From positions 3,200,001 to 3,264,000 of the forward strand of contig OY760074.1 of the NCBI GenBank assembly GCA_963663035.1: a stretch of 64,000 nt of DNA, given 5' to 3'. Source of the DNA: Acidobacteriota bacterium (GTDB lineage: Bacteria > Acidobacteriota > UBA6911 > RPQK01 > JADFOI01). Position numbers and translations under genes: made by a program. Positions 48,631-61,451 of the stretch are shown here, in pieces. Numbering within the stretch: position 1 is the stretch's first letter; each line of letters begins with the position of its first letter. A model generated the notes under the pieces. It did no database searches and was not told the origin of the DNA. It saw only the letters and a program-made list of their open reading frames with translations.

Positions 48631-50148
48631 TCACCATTTGCGAAAAGGATCGGAATAGCGGAGGTAATTCTTCCAAAGGCTGCGTTGGCCGTGAGATCTG
48701 GATTTTGGCTGTTGAGCTTCAAAAAAGTAGTTGAGTGCAGCAGCAATCAAGGGAACGGTGTCACTCTTTTCCGACTCCTCTTCCAGACGCTCGATTAATT
48801 GGTGCTCTTCGACAAAATGGGTATGCAGGTCACCCTTCAGGAAGGCCGGATGGGAGAGAAGGACTTCGAAGAAAGGGAGGGTGGTTGGAACTCCTCCGAT
48901 CTTGTATTCACCCAGAGCCCTTCGCATTCGACCAATGGCTTGCTCGCGATCTTCACCCAAGGCGATCACTTTCGAGATGAGTGGGTCATATTCCACCGGG
49001 ATGACGGATCCGGCACAAACACCGCTGTCAGTGCGGATGCCGGGCCCAGAGGGCTCAAAATAGGTCGTGACCGTGCCGGGAGCAGGGAAGAACGATTTAT
49101 GGGGATCTTCGGCGTAGATGCGACATTCAATGGCCGCACCTCGGGGCTGGATCTCCTCCTGTCTGTAGCGCAGCTTGGAGCCGGCAGCAATCAGAAGTTG
49201 TTGGCGTACCAGGTCAATGCCCGTCACCAGTTCAGTGACCGGATGTTCCACTTGAAGGCGGGTGTTCATCTCCAGGAAATAAAACCTATGCTTTCCAGCT
49301 GTTGCCTCAGCTTCGACGAGAAACTCTACCGTGCCGGCATTGTGATAGTGGGCAGTCCTGGCCACGGCCACGGCCGCTTCTCCGATTTCTTCCCGGAACT
49401 GCGGGTCTACCAGAGGCGAAGGGCTTTCCTCCACGAGTTTCTGGTGGCGGCGCTGGATAGAGCACTCTCTTTCACCCAGGTGAATCAAGTTTCCCTCCAG
49501 ATCCCCCAGCACCTGAAGCTCAATGTGACGGGGTTGAACTAAATACTTCTCGATCAGGAGAGTGGGGTCACCAAAGGATGCCTGGGCCTCGGCGCGGGCA
49601 ATTTCGTAAAGGGAGCTGAGTTCCTCCTGGCTCCCCACCAGCCGCAAGCCTTTACCCCCTCCTCCGGCACTGGCCTTGAGCATGACGGGGTATCCAATTT
49701 CAGAAGCCATCGTCAACGCATCGTCGCCTGATTGAAGGGGTCCTGGGCTACCGGGAAGGATCGGAACACCTGCTTTCTGGACGGCTGCCCGGCTGGCGAT
49801 TTTGTCTCCCATCAGCTTCATGGAAGCCGCCGAGGGACCAATAAAGACCAAACCGGAGTCCTCACAGGCTTGGGCAAATTGGCCACTCTCTGACAGAAAA
49901 CCGTAGCCGGGGTGGATGGCCTCCGCCCCTGAACTGCGGGCAGCATCGATGATCTTTTCCATCACCAGATAGCTTTCCAGAGATGAGGAAGGGCCGATGG
50001 AATGAGCCTCATCCGATAGCTTGACATGCAGGGCTTCTCGGTCGATCTCTGAAAAAACCACCACCGGGGAGATGCCGAGATCCCGACAGGCCCGAATGAT
50101 TCGGACCGCGATCTCCCCCCGATTGGCAATCAGGATCTTCTTAAACAT
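48631..50148 (-). CDS. accC: Biotin carboxylase subunit
   Basis: ILIANRGEIA, HPGYGFLSE, KASAGGGGKG, ERECSIQRRHQK, EMNTRLQVEHPVTE. Confidence 0.95.
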   Translation of the reverse strand: MFKKILIANRGEIAVRIIRACRDLGISPVVVFSEIDREALHVKLSDEAHSIGPSSSLESYLVMEKIIDAARSSGAEAIHPGYGFLSESGQFAQACEDSGLVFIGPSAASMKLMGDKIASRAAVQKAGVPILPGSPGPLQSGDDALTMASEIGYPVMLKASAGGGGKGLRLVGSQEELSSLYEIARAEAQASFGDPTLLIEKYLVQPRHIELQVLGDLEGNLIHLGERECSIQRRHQKLVEESPSPLVDPQFREEIGEAAVAVARTAHYHNAGTVEFLVEAEATAGKHRFYFLEMNTRLQVEHPVTELVTGIDLVRQQLLIAAGSKLRYRQEEIQPRGAAIECRIYAEDPHKSFFPAPGTVTTYFEPSGPGIRTDSGVCAGSVIPVEYDPLISKVIALGEDREQAIGRMRRALGEYKIGGVPTTLPFFEVLLSHPAFLKGDLHTHFVEEHQLIERLEEESEKSDTVPLIAAALNYFFEAQQPKSRSHGQRSLWKNYLRYSDPFRKW

Positions 50149-50201
50149 ACGCCGGTCAGCCGCTAAGGTGGTCTTCTGTCAGTTGTCAGTTGTCAGTGGA
50201 T

Positions 50202-51752
50202 TTAAAGCGGTATATTCCCATGCTTTCTGGGCGGGTTGGTATCGCGTTTGTTGGAGGTCATCTCCAGGGCACGAATCAGCTTTGAGCGTGTCTGGCGAGG
50301 CTCAATGACCTCATCCACATAGCCTCGCTCTGCGGCCACGTAAGGATTGGCGAAGGTCTTTCGAAACTCTTCGACTTTTTCCTTTTTGAACTTCTCCGGA
50401 TCAGCGCTTTCTGCAAGTTCTCTGCGATACAGGATTTCTACAGCTCCCTCTGGGCCCATCACCGCAACCTCCGCGGTGGGATAGGCATAATTCATGTCTG
50501 TTCGCAGGTGTTTGGAAGCCATCACACAGTAGGCTCCACCATAAGCCTTGCGTGTGATGACGGTGATCTTTGGGACCGTGGCCTCAGCAAAAGCATAGAG
50601 AAGTTTGGCTCCAGCCTTGATGATTCCGCCATGTTCCTGTGTGACCCCCGGCAGAAAACCGGGCACGTCTTCAAAGATCAGAAGGGGAATGTTGAAGGCG
50701 TCACAGAAGCGAACGAAGCGGGCGGCTTTCACGGAAGAGTTAATGTCCAGGGTTCCGGCCAGAACGGCTGGCTGATTGGCCACGATTCCCACTGGGAATC
50801 CGTTTAACCGGGCAAATCCGACCACGATGTTTTCGGCAAACTGAGGATGCACCTCGAAGAATTGATGTTCGTCCACGACCGTGACGATGATTTCCTTCAT
50901 GTCGTACGGCTGATTGGGGTCGGTCGGGACGAGCTTGTCCAGCTGTGGATCGACTCTGTTGGGATCATCCACAGGCTCGTGATAAGGGGGGTCTTCCATG
51001 TTGTTTGAGGGAAGAAAGGAGAGCAACTCACGAATCTGCGCGATGCACTCCTCGTCACTATGGGTGGCGAAGTGAGCAACTCCGCTTATAGTGGAGTGGG
51101 TGGTGGCTCCTCCCAGCTCGGATTTGGTCACTTCCTCCTGTGTGACAGTCTTGATGACGTCCGGGCCTGTAATAAACATATAACTGGTCTGATGCACCAT
51201 AAAGGTAAAATCAGTGATAGCGGGTGAATAGACAGCTCCACCGGCACAGGGGCCCATGATGGCAGAAATTTGTGGAATGACACCGCTGGCCAGAGTGTTG
51301 CGCAGGAAAATATCACTGTACCCGGCCAGACTCACAACCCCTTCCTGAATACGCGCCCCGCCGCTGTCATTGAAACCAAGGACCGGGGCGCCCATCTTCA
51401 TGGCCAGGTCCAGGACCTTGCAGATTTTGGCGGCGTACGTCTCAGAGAGACTTCCCCCAAAGACCGTGAAGTCCTGAGCGAAGAGATACACCAGGCGGCC
51501 ATCAACTTTGCCGTAGCCGGTAATCACGCCGTCCCCCGGGATCTTTCTTTTCTCCATTCCCAGGTTGGTGCATCGATGCACGACGAACTTGTCCATCTCC
51601 TCAAAAGTGCCTGGGTCCAGGAGTAAATGGATTCGTTCTCGAGCGGTCAGCTTTCCCGCTTTGTGTTGACGCTCAATGCGCTCTTCACCGCCACCTTGTT
51701 CCGCCTCGCGATGGCGACGTTGGAGCTCCTTTAGCTGTTGTTCAGCATCCAT
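50202..51752 (-). CDS. pccB: Acyl-CoA (propionyl-CoA-type) carboxylase carboxyltransferase subunit
   Basis: [54 protein letters not shown]. Confidence 0.92.
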   Translation of the reverse strand: MDAEQQLKELQRRHREAEQGGGEERIERQHKAGKLTARERIHLLLDPGTFEEMDKFVVHRCTNLGMEKRKIPGDGVITGYGKVDGRLVYLFAQDFTVFGGSLSETYAAKICKVLDLAMKMGAPVLGFNDSGGARIQEGVVSLAGYSDIFLRNTLASGVIPQISAIMGPCAGGAVYSPAITDFTFMVHQTSYMFITGPDVIKTVTQEEVTKSELGGATTHSTISGVAHFATHSDEECIAQIRELLSFLPSNNMEDPPYHEPVDDPNRVDPQLDKLVPTDPNQPYDMKEIIVTVVDEHQFFEVHPQFAENIVVGFARLNGFPVGIVANQPAVLAGTLDINSSVKAARFVRFCDAFNIPLLIFEDVPGFLPGVTQEHGGIIKAGAKLLYAFAEATVPKITVITRKAYGGAYCVMASKHLRTDMNYAYPTAEVAVMGPEGAVEILYRRELAESADPEKFKKEKVEEFRKTFANPYVAAERGYVDEVIEPRQTRSKLIRALEMTSNKRDTNPPRKHGNIPL

Positions 51753-51802
51753 ATGCTGTGTGGGAGCTTGTCACGAGGTTCTCCAGCCTGAAGCTGGAAG
51801 CT

Positions 51803-52459
51803 TCAGCTTCGCACCAGCTCCTTTTGCTTTTCCCAGTCGGCTAGAAACTTTTCCAGCCCGATGTCGGTCAAAGGATGCTTGAGGAGTTGCTCCATGACCT
51901 TTAAGGGCATGGTGGCGATATCGGCCCCCATCCTGGCTGACTCCAGCACGTGCATCGGATGGCGAACAGAGGCCACTAAGACTTCGGTGTCTAACTGGTA
52001 GTTGTCGTAGATGGTAAGGATGTCTGCGATCAGATCCATGCTGTCAGTGCCGATGTCGTCCAGGCGCCCGCAAAAGGGGCTCACAACGGTTGCTCCGTTC
52101 TTGGCAGCCAGCAGTGCCTGATTGGCGCTGAAAATCAAGGTGACATTGACACGAATGCCTTCTTGAGTGACCACGTGCAAAGCTTTCAGGCCTTCACGGA
52201 TCATCGGAATCTTCACCAGGATATTCTCATGGATTTTCGCCAATTTCCGTGCTTCGGTAATGATTTGACTAGCTTCTGTCGACACCACTTCCAGGCTGAC
52301 CGGACCCTCTACCAGGTCACAAATCTCTCTTGCCACCTCCTCCAGGGGTCTTCCCTCTTTGGCTATCAGGGAAGGATTGGTGGTAACACCATCCACAAGT
52401 CCCAGAGACACGCCCTGGCGAATGTCCTCAAGATCGGCAGTGTCCAGAAAGAATTTCAT
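51803..52459 (-). CDS. tal: Transaldolase / fructose-6-phosphate aldolase (short type)
   Basis: [39 protein letters not shown]. Confidence 0.92.
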   Translation of the reverse strand: MKFFLDTADLEDIRQGVSLGLVDGVTTNPSLIAKEGRPLEEVAREICDLVEGPVSLEVVSTEASQIITEARKLAKIHENILVKIPMIREGLKALHVVTQEGIRVNVTLIFSANQALLAAKNGATVVSPFCGRLDDIGTDSMDLIADILTIYDNYQLDTEVLVASVRHPMHVLESARMGADIATMPLKVMEQLLKHPLTDIGLEKFLADWEKQKELVRS

Positions 52460-52481
52460 AGGCTCCCTCCTTACTGACTCG

Positions 52482-53507
52482 TTATTCTACAGTAAGACTT
52501 ACTGTTTCTGACTTGGAACTTTCATTTCCAGTGAAGTCTACCGCACTGAGCTGATAATAGTATGTCTCTCCTGGTACGACTGAATCATCAACATACTTAT
52601 TGATCGTAATGGATGCCAATGACTTTTCGAGACGGTTCGGATCTGTTCCGCTGTAGATAAAGTAACCGTCCAAATCCGTCTCTCTGTTTGCGTCCCAGAG
52701 AACTTGAGCCTGTCCATCTAGAAAAAAAGCGGTGATGTTCTGAGGCGTCGCCGGGGGAAACTCATCTCTCGGAACAGTTCTCAGCGTATCACTGAACTGG
52801 CTCACAATCAGCGGATCCGCACCGCGACTGACACTTTGCACGCGGTAAGATTGCATCTCTCCAAACTGAAAGTCAAAATCTGAGTATTCTGGTTCGCTGA
52901 CCAGGTGCTCGGAGTTCACGAGATAACCCACTAGCTGAGGTGGCCGGGAACCGTCAATGTTCTCTGTTGGAGGATCCCATCCGAGGACGAGCCGGTTCTG
53001 GTGAAGCTGATATCTGAGATTGGTCGGAGGTTGTGCCGAGGGGATGGATACTGTTTCCACAAAGTTTGAGAAAGGGGAGCGGCGGCCCTGTCGGTTCCCA
53101 AATCGGAGCCCGTATCTGCAGATCTGGCTCCACCCGGGATGGTCCTCAAATACGAATTTGCCCTCCTCATCGTACCGGGAGAGCGTGTTGCCTTCCAGAC
53201 GGGCCATGGCTTCAGCTTGCTCAGTGAGGGAGAGATCTTGGCCACAACTCCGGTAGATCTCCACCCATTCAATCTCCTGTGGAGGAAGAGAGAACACTAT
53301 CTCAAAGTGATCTCCGACCTGAGCTACCGTCAGATCAGTGACAGTCCCCGGATAGAGAACGAGTGGAGGAAGTGGGTCCCCTACCTTGGCACAGGCTCCC
53401 AGCAGAAGGACCAGGCAACAGAAAACAGAAACGGCTGACCGCTGACCGCTGACCGCTGACAGAAGATCCTGAGTTGATCTGCTCAGAAAGGAAAATAAGG
53501 GGCGCAT
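52482..53507 (-). CDS. Fibronectin type III domain lipoprotein
   Basis: Lipobox LLGAC followed by AKVGDPLPP; FN3 motifs ([27 protein letters not shown]). The start is uncertain. Confidence 0.8.
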   Translation of the reverse strand: MRPLFSFLSRSTQDLLSAVSGQRSAVSVFCCLVLLLGACAKVGDPLPPLVLYPGTVTDLTVAQVGDHFEIVFSLPPQEIEWVEIYRSCGQDLSLTEQAEAMARLEGNTLSRYDEEGKFVFEDHPGWSQICRYGLRFGNRQGRRSPFSNFVETVSIPSAQPPTNLRYQLHQNRLVLGWDPPTENIDGSRPPQLVGYLVNSEHLVSEPEYSDFDFQFGEMQSYRVQSVSRGADPLIVSQFSDTLRTVPRDEFPPATPQNITAFFLDGQAQVLWDANRETDLDGYFIYSGTDPNRLEKSLASITINKYVDDSVVPGETYYYQLSAVDFTGNESSKSETVSLTVE

Positions 53508-53607
53508 TCTCTAGCTGTTACCGGGAGGAAGGCCAGCTCAACCAACAAAAATAGATACTATTTCTTACGGTTTGTCTTACGGTCAGCGGTCAGCGGTCAG
53601 TGGTCAG
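53435..53607. repeat. Two inverted CTGACCG heptamer arrays (4 + 4 units)
   Basis: CTGACCG x3 + CTGACAG at 53435-53462; CGGTCAG x3 + TGGTCAG at 53580-53607. Confidence 0.85.
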
Positions 53608-53618
53608 TGTTTAACCTC

Positions 53619-55052
53619 TCACAGAATGTAGTGCGACAGATTTCGATCCTTGACGATCCCCTCCAACTGTTCCCTCACGTAGCGGGCATCAATCGTGATC
53701 TGTTTTTTCTTTAAGTCCGGCGCGTCAAAGGAGATGTCTTCTAGAAGAGCTTCCATGATCGTGTGCAACCGACGGGCACCAATGTTCTCGGTCGTTTCAT
53801 TGACAACGCTGGCAAAATGGGCAATTTCGCGAATGCCATCTTTCAAGAATCTTAGGCGCACGCTCTCCGTGCCCAGAAGCTCCCGATATTGCTTCACTAA
53901 GGCATTTTTCGGTTCCTGGAGAATTCGAATAAAGTCCTCCTGGCTCAACGAATGCATTTCGACTCTGACGGGAAATCGCCCCTGCAGTTCGGGAATCATG
54001 TCCGAAGGTTTCGAAACATGAAAGGCACCCGCGGCAATAAACAGGATGTGATCGGTACGAACCATTCCGTAACGAGTACTCACCGTGGTTCCTTCCACGA
54101 TGGGCAAAATGTCTCTTTGTACCCCTTCTCGGCTGATCTCAGGCCCTTGTCCCGTTTCTCTTCCGGCTATCTTGTCAATTTCGTCTACAAAAACGATGCC
54201 CGACTCCTCGACTCGGTCCAGGGCTTCCCGGGTCAACTGTTCCATGTCGATGAGTTTGGATTCCTCTTCCATAAGGAGGTATTCGATGGCTTCCTCGACG
54301 TGCATTTTGCGCGTTTGCTTACGTCCTCCAAACAAACCGGGTAACAACTCTTTAATGTGGATGTCCATGTCCTCGACGCCTTGACCGGTAATGATCTCGA
54401 AGGCTGGAAAGCCGCGCTCTGGAACTTCTAGCTCTACACTTCTATGGTCGAGCTTTCCTTCTCTTAGCTGCCGGCGCAGTTTTTCACGAGTTTTGTTGAA
54501 TCTCTCCACTCTGTCCGAACTCAGTTGCGGTCGGCCCGCAGTGCCTTTCGAAGCTTTGGTCTTTTTCTTCTGGAAAGGGGGAAGCAGGAGATCAAGCAGC
54601 CGTTCCTCGGCATAGCGTTCAGCCTTTGCTGCCACCGCGGCTATCTTTTCCTGGCGAACCATGTCCACTGCGATATCCATCAGGTCGCGGATAATCGATT
54701 CCACGTCTCGCCCCACATATCCCACTTCGGTGAATTTGCTGGCTTCTACCTTCAGGAAGGGGGAATTGGACAGCCGAGCCAGCCGGCGCGCGATTTCTGT
54801 CTTGCCCACACCCGTCGATCCGATCATGAGGATATTCTTGGGTTGGATCTCATCGGCCATCTCCGGCTGAAGTTTCTGTCTTCGAATTCGATTTCGAAGT
54901 GCTACAGCCACTGCACGTTTGGCTTTGCGTTGCCCAACTACGTGTTTATCCAGCTCCTCCACAATCTGCCGAGGAGTCATCTCATCCAGATGGAGATGGT
55001 CCGTACTCAGGTCTTTCGGAAAGGGCTGAATGGATATGGTGGAAGCAGGCAT
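53619..55052 (-). CDS. hslU: ATP-dependent protease ATPase subunit HslU
   Basis: [49 protein letters not shown]. Confidence 0.97.
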   Translation of the reverse strand: MPASTISIQPFPKDLSTDHLHLDEMTPRQIVEELDKHVVGQRKAKRAVAVALRNRIRRQKLQPEMADEIQPKNILMIGSTGVGKTEIARRLARLSNSPFLKVEASKFTEVGYVGRDVESIIRDLMDIAVDMVRQEKIAAVAAKAERYAEERLLDLLLPPFQKKKTKASKGTAGRPQLSSDRVERFNKTREKLRRQLREGKLDHRSVELEVPERGFPAFEIITGQGVEDMDIHIKELLPGLFGGRKQTRKMHVEEAIEYLLMEEESKLIDMEQLTREALDRVEESGIVFVDEIDKIAGRETGQGPEISREGVQRDILPIVEGTTVSTRYGMVRTDHILFIAAGAFHVSKPSDMIPELQGRFPVRVEMHSLSQEDFIRILQEPKNALVKQYRELLGTESVRLRFLKDGIREIAHFASVVNETTENIGARRLHTIMEALLEDISFDAPDLKKKQITIDARYVREQLEGIVKDRNLSHYIL

Positions 55053-55055
55053 GAT

Positions 55056-55589
55056 TCAGAGGGTTTCAACCGTTATAGAGGAATTCGTATAGATACAAAT
55101 CTCCCCTGCAATGTTCAGAGACTCCAGGGCAATTTTTTGGGCTGATTGCTTCGTGAATCTCAGCAGGGCCTTCGCTGCTGCCAGCGCATAAGGTCCTCCC
55201 GATCCAATCGCGATCACTCCATCGTCCGGCTCAATCAAGTCTCCTTCTCCAGAAAGTAAAAATGAGTTTTTTTTGTCACTAACCACTAATTGGGCATGCA
55301 GATGTCGTAACACTTTGTCAGTACGCCATTCTTTAGCCAATTCCACAGCTGCTCGGGGGAGGTTCCCTTGAAATTGTTCCAGCTTACTCTCAAATCGAGA
55401 AAAAAGAGCAAAGGCATCAGCCGTTGAGCCAGCAAAGCCAGCCAGGACCTGATCATCGTGAAGTCGACGAATCTTCTTAGCGGTACTCTTGATAACTGTG
55501 TCGCCCAAACTCACTTGACCGTCTCCCGCCAGAGCCACCTGGTTGCGCCGCCTCACCAAGAGTATCGTTGTCCCTTGGAGCTTTGCCAT
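55056..55589 (-). CDS. hslV: ATP-dependent protease subunit HslV
   Basis: [31 protein letters not shown]; start ATG 55589. Confidence 0.97.
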   Translation of the reverse strand: MAKLQGTTILLVRRRNQVALAGDGQVSLGDTVIKSTAKKIRRLHDDQVLAGFAGSTADAFALFSRFESKLEQFQGNLPRAAVELAKEWRTDKVLRHLHAQLVVSDKKNSFLLSGEGDLIEPDDGVIAIGSGGPYALAAAKALLRFTKQSAQKIALESLNIAGEICIYTNSSITVETL

Positions 55590-55651
55590 AATGCCGGTCA
55601 AGTATATTACAAGACTCCTTGGGCGAGCAAAGCCGTCCAGACACGAGCTAG

Positions 55652-55847
55652 CCCGCACTTCTCACACCCGCTCTACTACAGCGTCGCAATGATCCGACCT
55701 GACTGCGTTGCACGACCCGCAAGCGGGTACCCCTCGCGCGCCAGTCGGAGCCGCAGGCTTTAGCCTGCGGGCCCATGGGCTAAAGCCCACGGCTCTGTTT
55801 TCCGGCCCTTCCGCCGCTTCGCGACGACCTGGTGTGAGCAATGCGGG
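55652..55847. mobile_element. MITE family A, copy 5 (variant TIRs)
   Basis: CTAG on both flanks; TIRs CCCGCACTTCTCACACC / GGTGTGAGCAATGCGGG. The interior is homologous to copies 4 and 6. Confidence 0.82.
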
Positions 55848-56756
55848 CTAGCCCATGACTCCGGAATTGCGCAAGCGGTAAATTTTGGAGTTGATTTCAC
55901 CTCCCACCAGCAGGAAGAAGCTGGAGAAGTACAACCAGATCATCAATAAAATGAGGGTCCCAAGGCTTCCGTATAGCTGCTGATAAAACTGATAGTCGAC
56001 GAACCGATTGACGAAGAAGGCGAAACTGCTGGATCCCACAATCCAGCTCAGGCTGAAAATTGCACTACCCGGCGATAGCAGACTCCAGGGAAGGGGTTGG
56101 GCAGGGAGGGCAGAGTACACGATCTGCATTCCGATATTGAGAAAAGCGAAGATCAAGATCCAGCGACTGAGATAGTAAAGGCCACCCAAATGAACCTGGA
56201 ATGAAGGATAAGGTTCGACGGTAATGCTTTGCAAGGAGATCTGGATCAGCCAGTCACCAAAGAAAAGAAGAAAGGCTGAGACAATGACAAAAAGGGAAAC
56301 CAGGATGGTCACGCCAATGGCCAACAGTCGTATCATCAAAAAGGGGCGAGTCTCTTCGATTGCCAAAGCTCGATTAAGGTCCCCTACCATTCCAGCAAAG
56401 CCCACCGAAGCCCACCAAAGCGTCAACAAGATGCCCACCGAAACCACTCCGCTATTCTGGGAATTCACCAGGTCGATGGTGAAATCGTGGACCCAGGCAT
56501 AAGTTCTCTCGGGCAAAAACTGATTCATTTCCAGCAGGATCCTGTTCAGTAGGGCGGGTTCGATGGGGATAAAACCGATGACCGCACCGATGAAAATGAG
56601 GAAGGGAAAAAAGGCGAGTAGGAAGTAAAAACTGAGTCGGGCGGCCATTCCCTTGCAATCGTCCCGCTTGATCCCTGACCACACAGCCATCCAGAATCTT
56701 CCCTTTGAGAGGTAGGAAAAGGCTTGCAGATCTAACTTTAAGGGATTCAGTGGCAT
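55848..56756 (-). CDS. YihY/BrkB family membrane protein
   Basis: AARLSFY.LLAFFP, LNRA...EETR, PGS, YGSLG...LMIWLY.S....LVGGEIN. Confidence 0.9.
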   Translation of the reverse strand: MPLNPLKLDLQAFSYLSKGRFWMAVWSGIKRDDCKGMAARLSFYFLLAFFPFLIFIGAVIGFIPIEPALLNRILLEMNQFLPERTYAWVHDFTIDLVNSQNSGVVSVGILLTLWWASVGFAGMVGDLNRALAIEETRPFLMIRLLAIGVTILVSLFVIVSAFLLFFGDWLIQISLQSITVEPYPSFQVHLGGLYYLSRWILIFAFLNIGMQIVYSALPAQPLPWSLLSPGSAIFSLSWIVGSSSFAFFVNRFVDYQFYQQLYGSLGTLILLMIWLYFSSFFLLVGGEINSKIYRLRNSGVMG

Positions 56757-56770
56757 GCGAACCGATGGGA

Positions 56771-56983
56771 TCAGAGGGATGCCTGGCAGGCTGTACGGAT
56801 GAAACGGTATTCCTCGAAACAGCGATGGCACCCGAAAAGGTGTTCAATGGTGTCAATGACTTCTGTATCGGGGAGTTGATGTTCTGCCAGAGAACGGAGT
56901 TTCAACGGATGAACATGGCGCTTTTCGCTGTCCGCTGGGAAGGTGATAGTGAACAGGATTTTGGTGATCACCGGTGTACTCAT
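56771..56983 (-). CDS. Small soluble protein with zf-HC2/ZAS-like motif
   Basis: H(VHP)...EHLFGCHRCFEEY (H...Hx3Cx2C); 70 aa, no TM segment. Confidence 0.6.
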   Translation of the reverse strand: MSTPVITKILFTITFPADSEKRHVHPLKLRSLAEHQLPDTEVIDTIEHLFGCHRCFEEYRFIRTACQASL

Positions 56984-57030
56984 TTGACTAAAAATATGAT
57001 AACAAATTCGTTGCTCAAGGCAAAGGATAG

Positions 57031-59085
<2,055 letters not shown>

Positions 59086-59139
59086 GCCCGTTTATTCTAT
59101 TGCACTTTCTCAGAGAACCATCTATCGTTCTGATGCCCT

Positions 59140-60165
59140 GTGAAATTGAGAGTTCGAGCACCCACTCGCATTACCCTGGCCGGATCGACCCTCGATATCT
59201 ATCCTCTCTACCTGTTTGAGGGCGGTGGACTGACTCTTAATGCTGCAATTGACCTGTGCAGTGAGGTGGAACTCGAGAGGCGATCAGACCAGAGGATTCG
59301 CATCGAGGCCACTGATCTGGATCTCGTCCTTGAAGGTCCTGACTTAGAGGCATTGCACAGTACCGGAGAATTCGCCCCGCTGGATCTGATCTTGCGAATT
59401 TTAAGATTCTACAGGCCCAGGCATGGGCTCGTAGTGCGGACGCACAGCAGCGTTCCTCCCGGTTCCGGATTAGGAGGCTCCTCCTCTCTGTTGATCTGTT
59501 TGAGCACAGCTCTGGTCCAGTTGGAGAATCTCCCTGTCAACAAACAACAGATGATAGATTGTGGAGCGAATATTGAAGCACAGTCCATTCGTGTTCCCAC
59601 CGGCAAACAGGATTATTTCCCAGCGGCCTATGGAGGATTCAATGCTCTGTGGTTCGAAATCCAAGGTATTCGCCGAGAACCGCTCACTTTTTCAGCTAAG
59701 TTGAAGTCCCAGCTTCAAGATCAGATGCTGTTGGGTTACTCTGGCGTGTCACGTTTTTCCGGAAGCAGTAATTGGAGCGTCATGAGAAGGTACATTGAGA
59801 ACGAAGGCGCAACAGTACTCAGGCTGGGGAAGATCAAGGAGATAGCACTGGCCATGTACCAGAGTCTTAAGGAGGAAGATCTGGACAAGTTCGCCGACTG
59901 TCTGGCCGCGGACTGGGAAAACCAGAAGGGCTTAGCCGAAGGGGTGACAACTCCACAGATCGAGAGGATTTTCAAGGCAGCCCAGCGGGCAGGTGCCCTG
60001 GCCAGCAAGATTTGCGGCGCTGGGGGTGGAGGATGTTTTTTCACATTGGCTGGCGAGGGCTCTCAGGAGGCGGTAAAGAAGGCCATCGAGGAGAACGGGG
60101 GAGAGGTTCTGGATTATCACTTTTCGGACTCCGGCGTGCAAGTTGTGGAGGAAGAGCCTTTATAG
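59140..60165 (+). CDS. GHMP-family sugar kinase (HddA-like)
   Basis: RAPTRI.LAG..LD, PPGSGLGGSS, GKQD, GAGGGG. Confidence 0.85.
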   Translation: MKLRVRAPTRITLAGSTLDIYPLYLFEGGGLTLNAAIDLCSEVELERRSDQRIRIEATDLDLVLEGPDLEALHSTGEFAPLDLILRILRFYRPRHGLVVRTHSSVPPGSGLGGSSSLLICLSTALVQLENLPVNKQQMIDCGANIEAQSIRVPTGKQDYFPAAYGGFNALWFEIQGIRREPLTFSAKLKSQLQDQMLLGYSGVSRFSGSSNWSVMRRYIENEGATVLRLGKIKEIALAMYQSLKEEDLDKFADCLAADWENQKGLAEGVTTPQIERIFKAAQRAGALASKICGAGGGGCFFTLAGEGSQEAVKKAIEENGGEVLDYHFSDSGVQVVEEEPL

Positions 60166-60363
60166 ATGTCTCGAGTGGATCTGGAAAGTTGTCCCAACTG
60201 TCACTATGCACTCCTGGACAGGAGCACCTATTGCCCTTATTGTGGAACACAATTGACATATCCGGTGTGGAAGAAACTGGGCGCCTGGATTTTGTTGATT
60301 TTAATCGGCTATGGACTTCTCAGGTGTCACGTGCAGATGCTGGATGGATTGGAAGGTTTTTAA
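60166..60363 (+). CDS. Small zinc-ribbon membrane protein
   Basis: CPNC...CPYCG plus one TM helix; abuts both neighbours with 0-bp gaps. Confidence 0.7.
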   Translation: MSRVDLESCPNCHYALLDRSTYCPYCGTQLTYPVWKKLGAWILLILIGYGLLRCHVQMLDGLEGF

Positions 60364-61122
60364 ATGAGCGAGCCTAAGGTCTGTAAGAGGGGCTCCCTGC
60401 AGTATGCGTATCAGGCTCGAACTGATGTGGGACAGGTAAGAAGTAATAACGAGGACTCTCTGATTGAAGCACCCGACATGGGGCTCTTCGGAGTGTGCGA
60501 TGGACTGGGAGGCCATGTTGCAGGTGAGATCGCCAGTTCAATTGCGGCGGCGACTTTAGAAGAGGCTGTCAAGGCCGAATCAGAGTTTCCCGATAAGGTC
60601 CTGAGAGCAGGAATCCAAGATGCCAACCAACGGATTCTGCGTGACCAAGCTGAAAATCCTGAGCACCGGGGAATGGGAACCACTGTCAGTTCTCTCTGGT
60701 TGATGCCTGAGGCCTCAGGACTAGGATGGATTGGGCATGTGGGAGACAGCCGGATGTATCTGCAGCGGGGAGATGTGCTCGATCAGGTGACCCATGACCA
60801 CTCTCCCGTCTTTCGCCTGTATCAGCAAGGCGTCCTGACCAAGGAGCAAATGCAACATCATCCCCAGAAGAATCTCTTGGACAGGTCTCTCGGTGTTTTC
60901 CCCAACCTGAAAGTGGATGTCTTCTCGCTATCTTTGAACTCGCAAGACATCGTTTTAATTTGCACCGATGGGTTGACTGACTCTCTCTCTGACTCAGAGA
61001 TTCAGTCTATTTTGACAACTTCTTCACTGAGCGAGGGAGCGGATCAACTGATCGCGATGGCCAACAAAAGTGGAGGGTTGGATAATATTACCTTGGTTTT
61101 GGTACAGATTCTCGAGACATAG
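60364..61122 (+). CDS. PP2C-type Ser/Thr protein phosphatase
   Basis: TDVGQVR.NNED, VCDGLGG, GMGTT, HVGDSR, CTDGL, DNIT. Confidence 0.93.
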   Translation: MSEPKVCKRGSLQYAYQARTDVGQVRSNNEDSLIEAPDMGLFGVCDGLGGHVAGEIASSIAAATLEEAVKAESEFPDKVLRAGIQDANQRILRDQAENPEHRGMGTTVSSLWLMPEASGLGWIGHVGDSRMYLQRGDVLDQVTHDHSPVFRLYQQGVLTKEQMQHHPQKNLLDRSLGVFPNLKVDVFSLSLNSQDIVLICTDGLTDSLSDSEIQSILTTSSLSEGADQLIAMANKSGGLDNITLVLVQILET

Positions 61123-61124
61123 CC

Positions 61125-61412
61125 GCGGGCATCCAGGAAGGCCAAGCTCTTCGTTCTCCGCGCCCTTCGATCCTCGACGTAGCTGAGTACTCACTTTCAT
61201 AAATACGATAGCGTTTGTTGGGAGCGCGACGGAGCCCAGATCGAGGCGCGACGACGAGTCGATGTCAGGAACATCGGCGAGGAGAAGCAACAAAGAGATC
61301 GCCCGCAACCCCCATCCGCAAACGTTACCGTATTTATGAAAGGGAGTACTGAGGCTACGCCTGCGGTCGAAGGCCTTGTGCGGTCTCGATCTTGACCTTC
61401 CTGAATGCCCGC
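61125..61412. mobile_element. MITE-like element family C (host of a nested family B element)
   Basis: 22-bp IR GCGGGCATCCAGGAAGGCCAAG / CTTGACCTTCCTGAATGCCCGC (20/22). Only one copy is in the window. Confidence 0.65.
61188..61348. mobile_element. MITE family B, copy 2 (nested)
   Basis: 20-bp TIR TACTCACTTTCATAAATACG (19/20) flanked by the direct repeat CTGAG (61183-61187 and 61349-61353). Confidence 0.88.
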
Positions 61413-61451
61413 ATTGGGGGATTGGATAAGGGCACCCCTGAATAATCCAGC

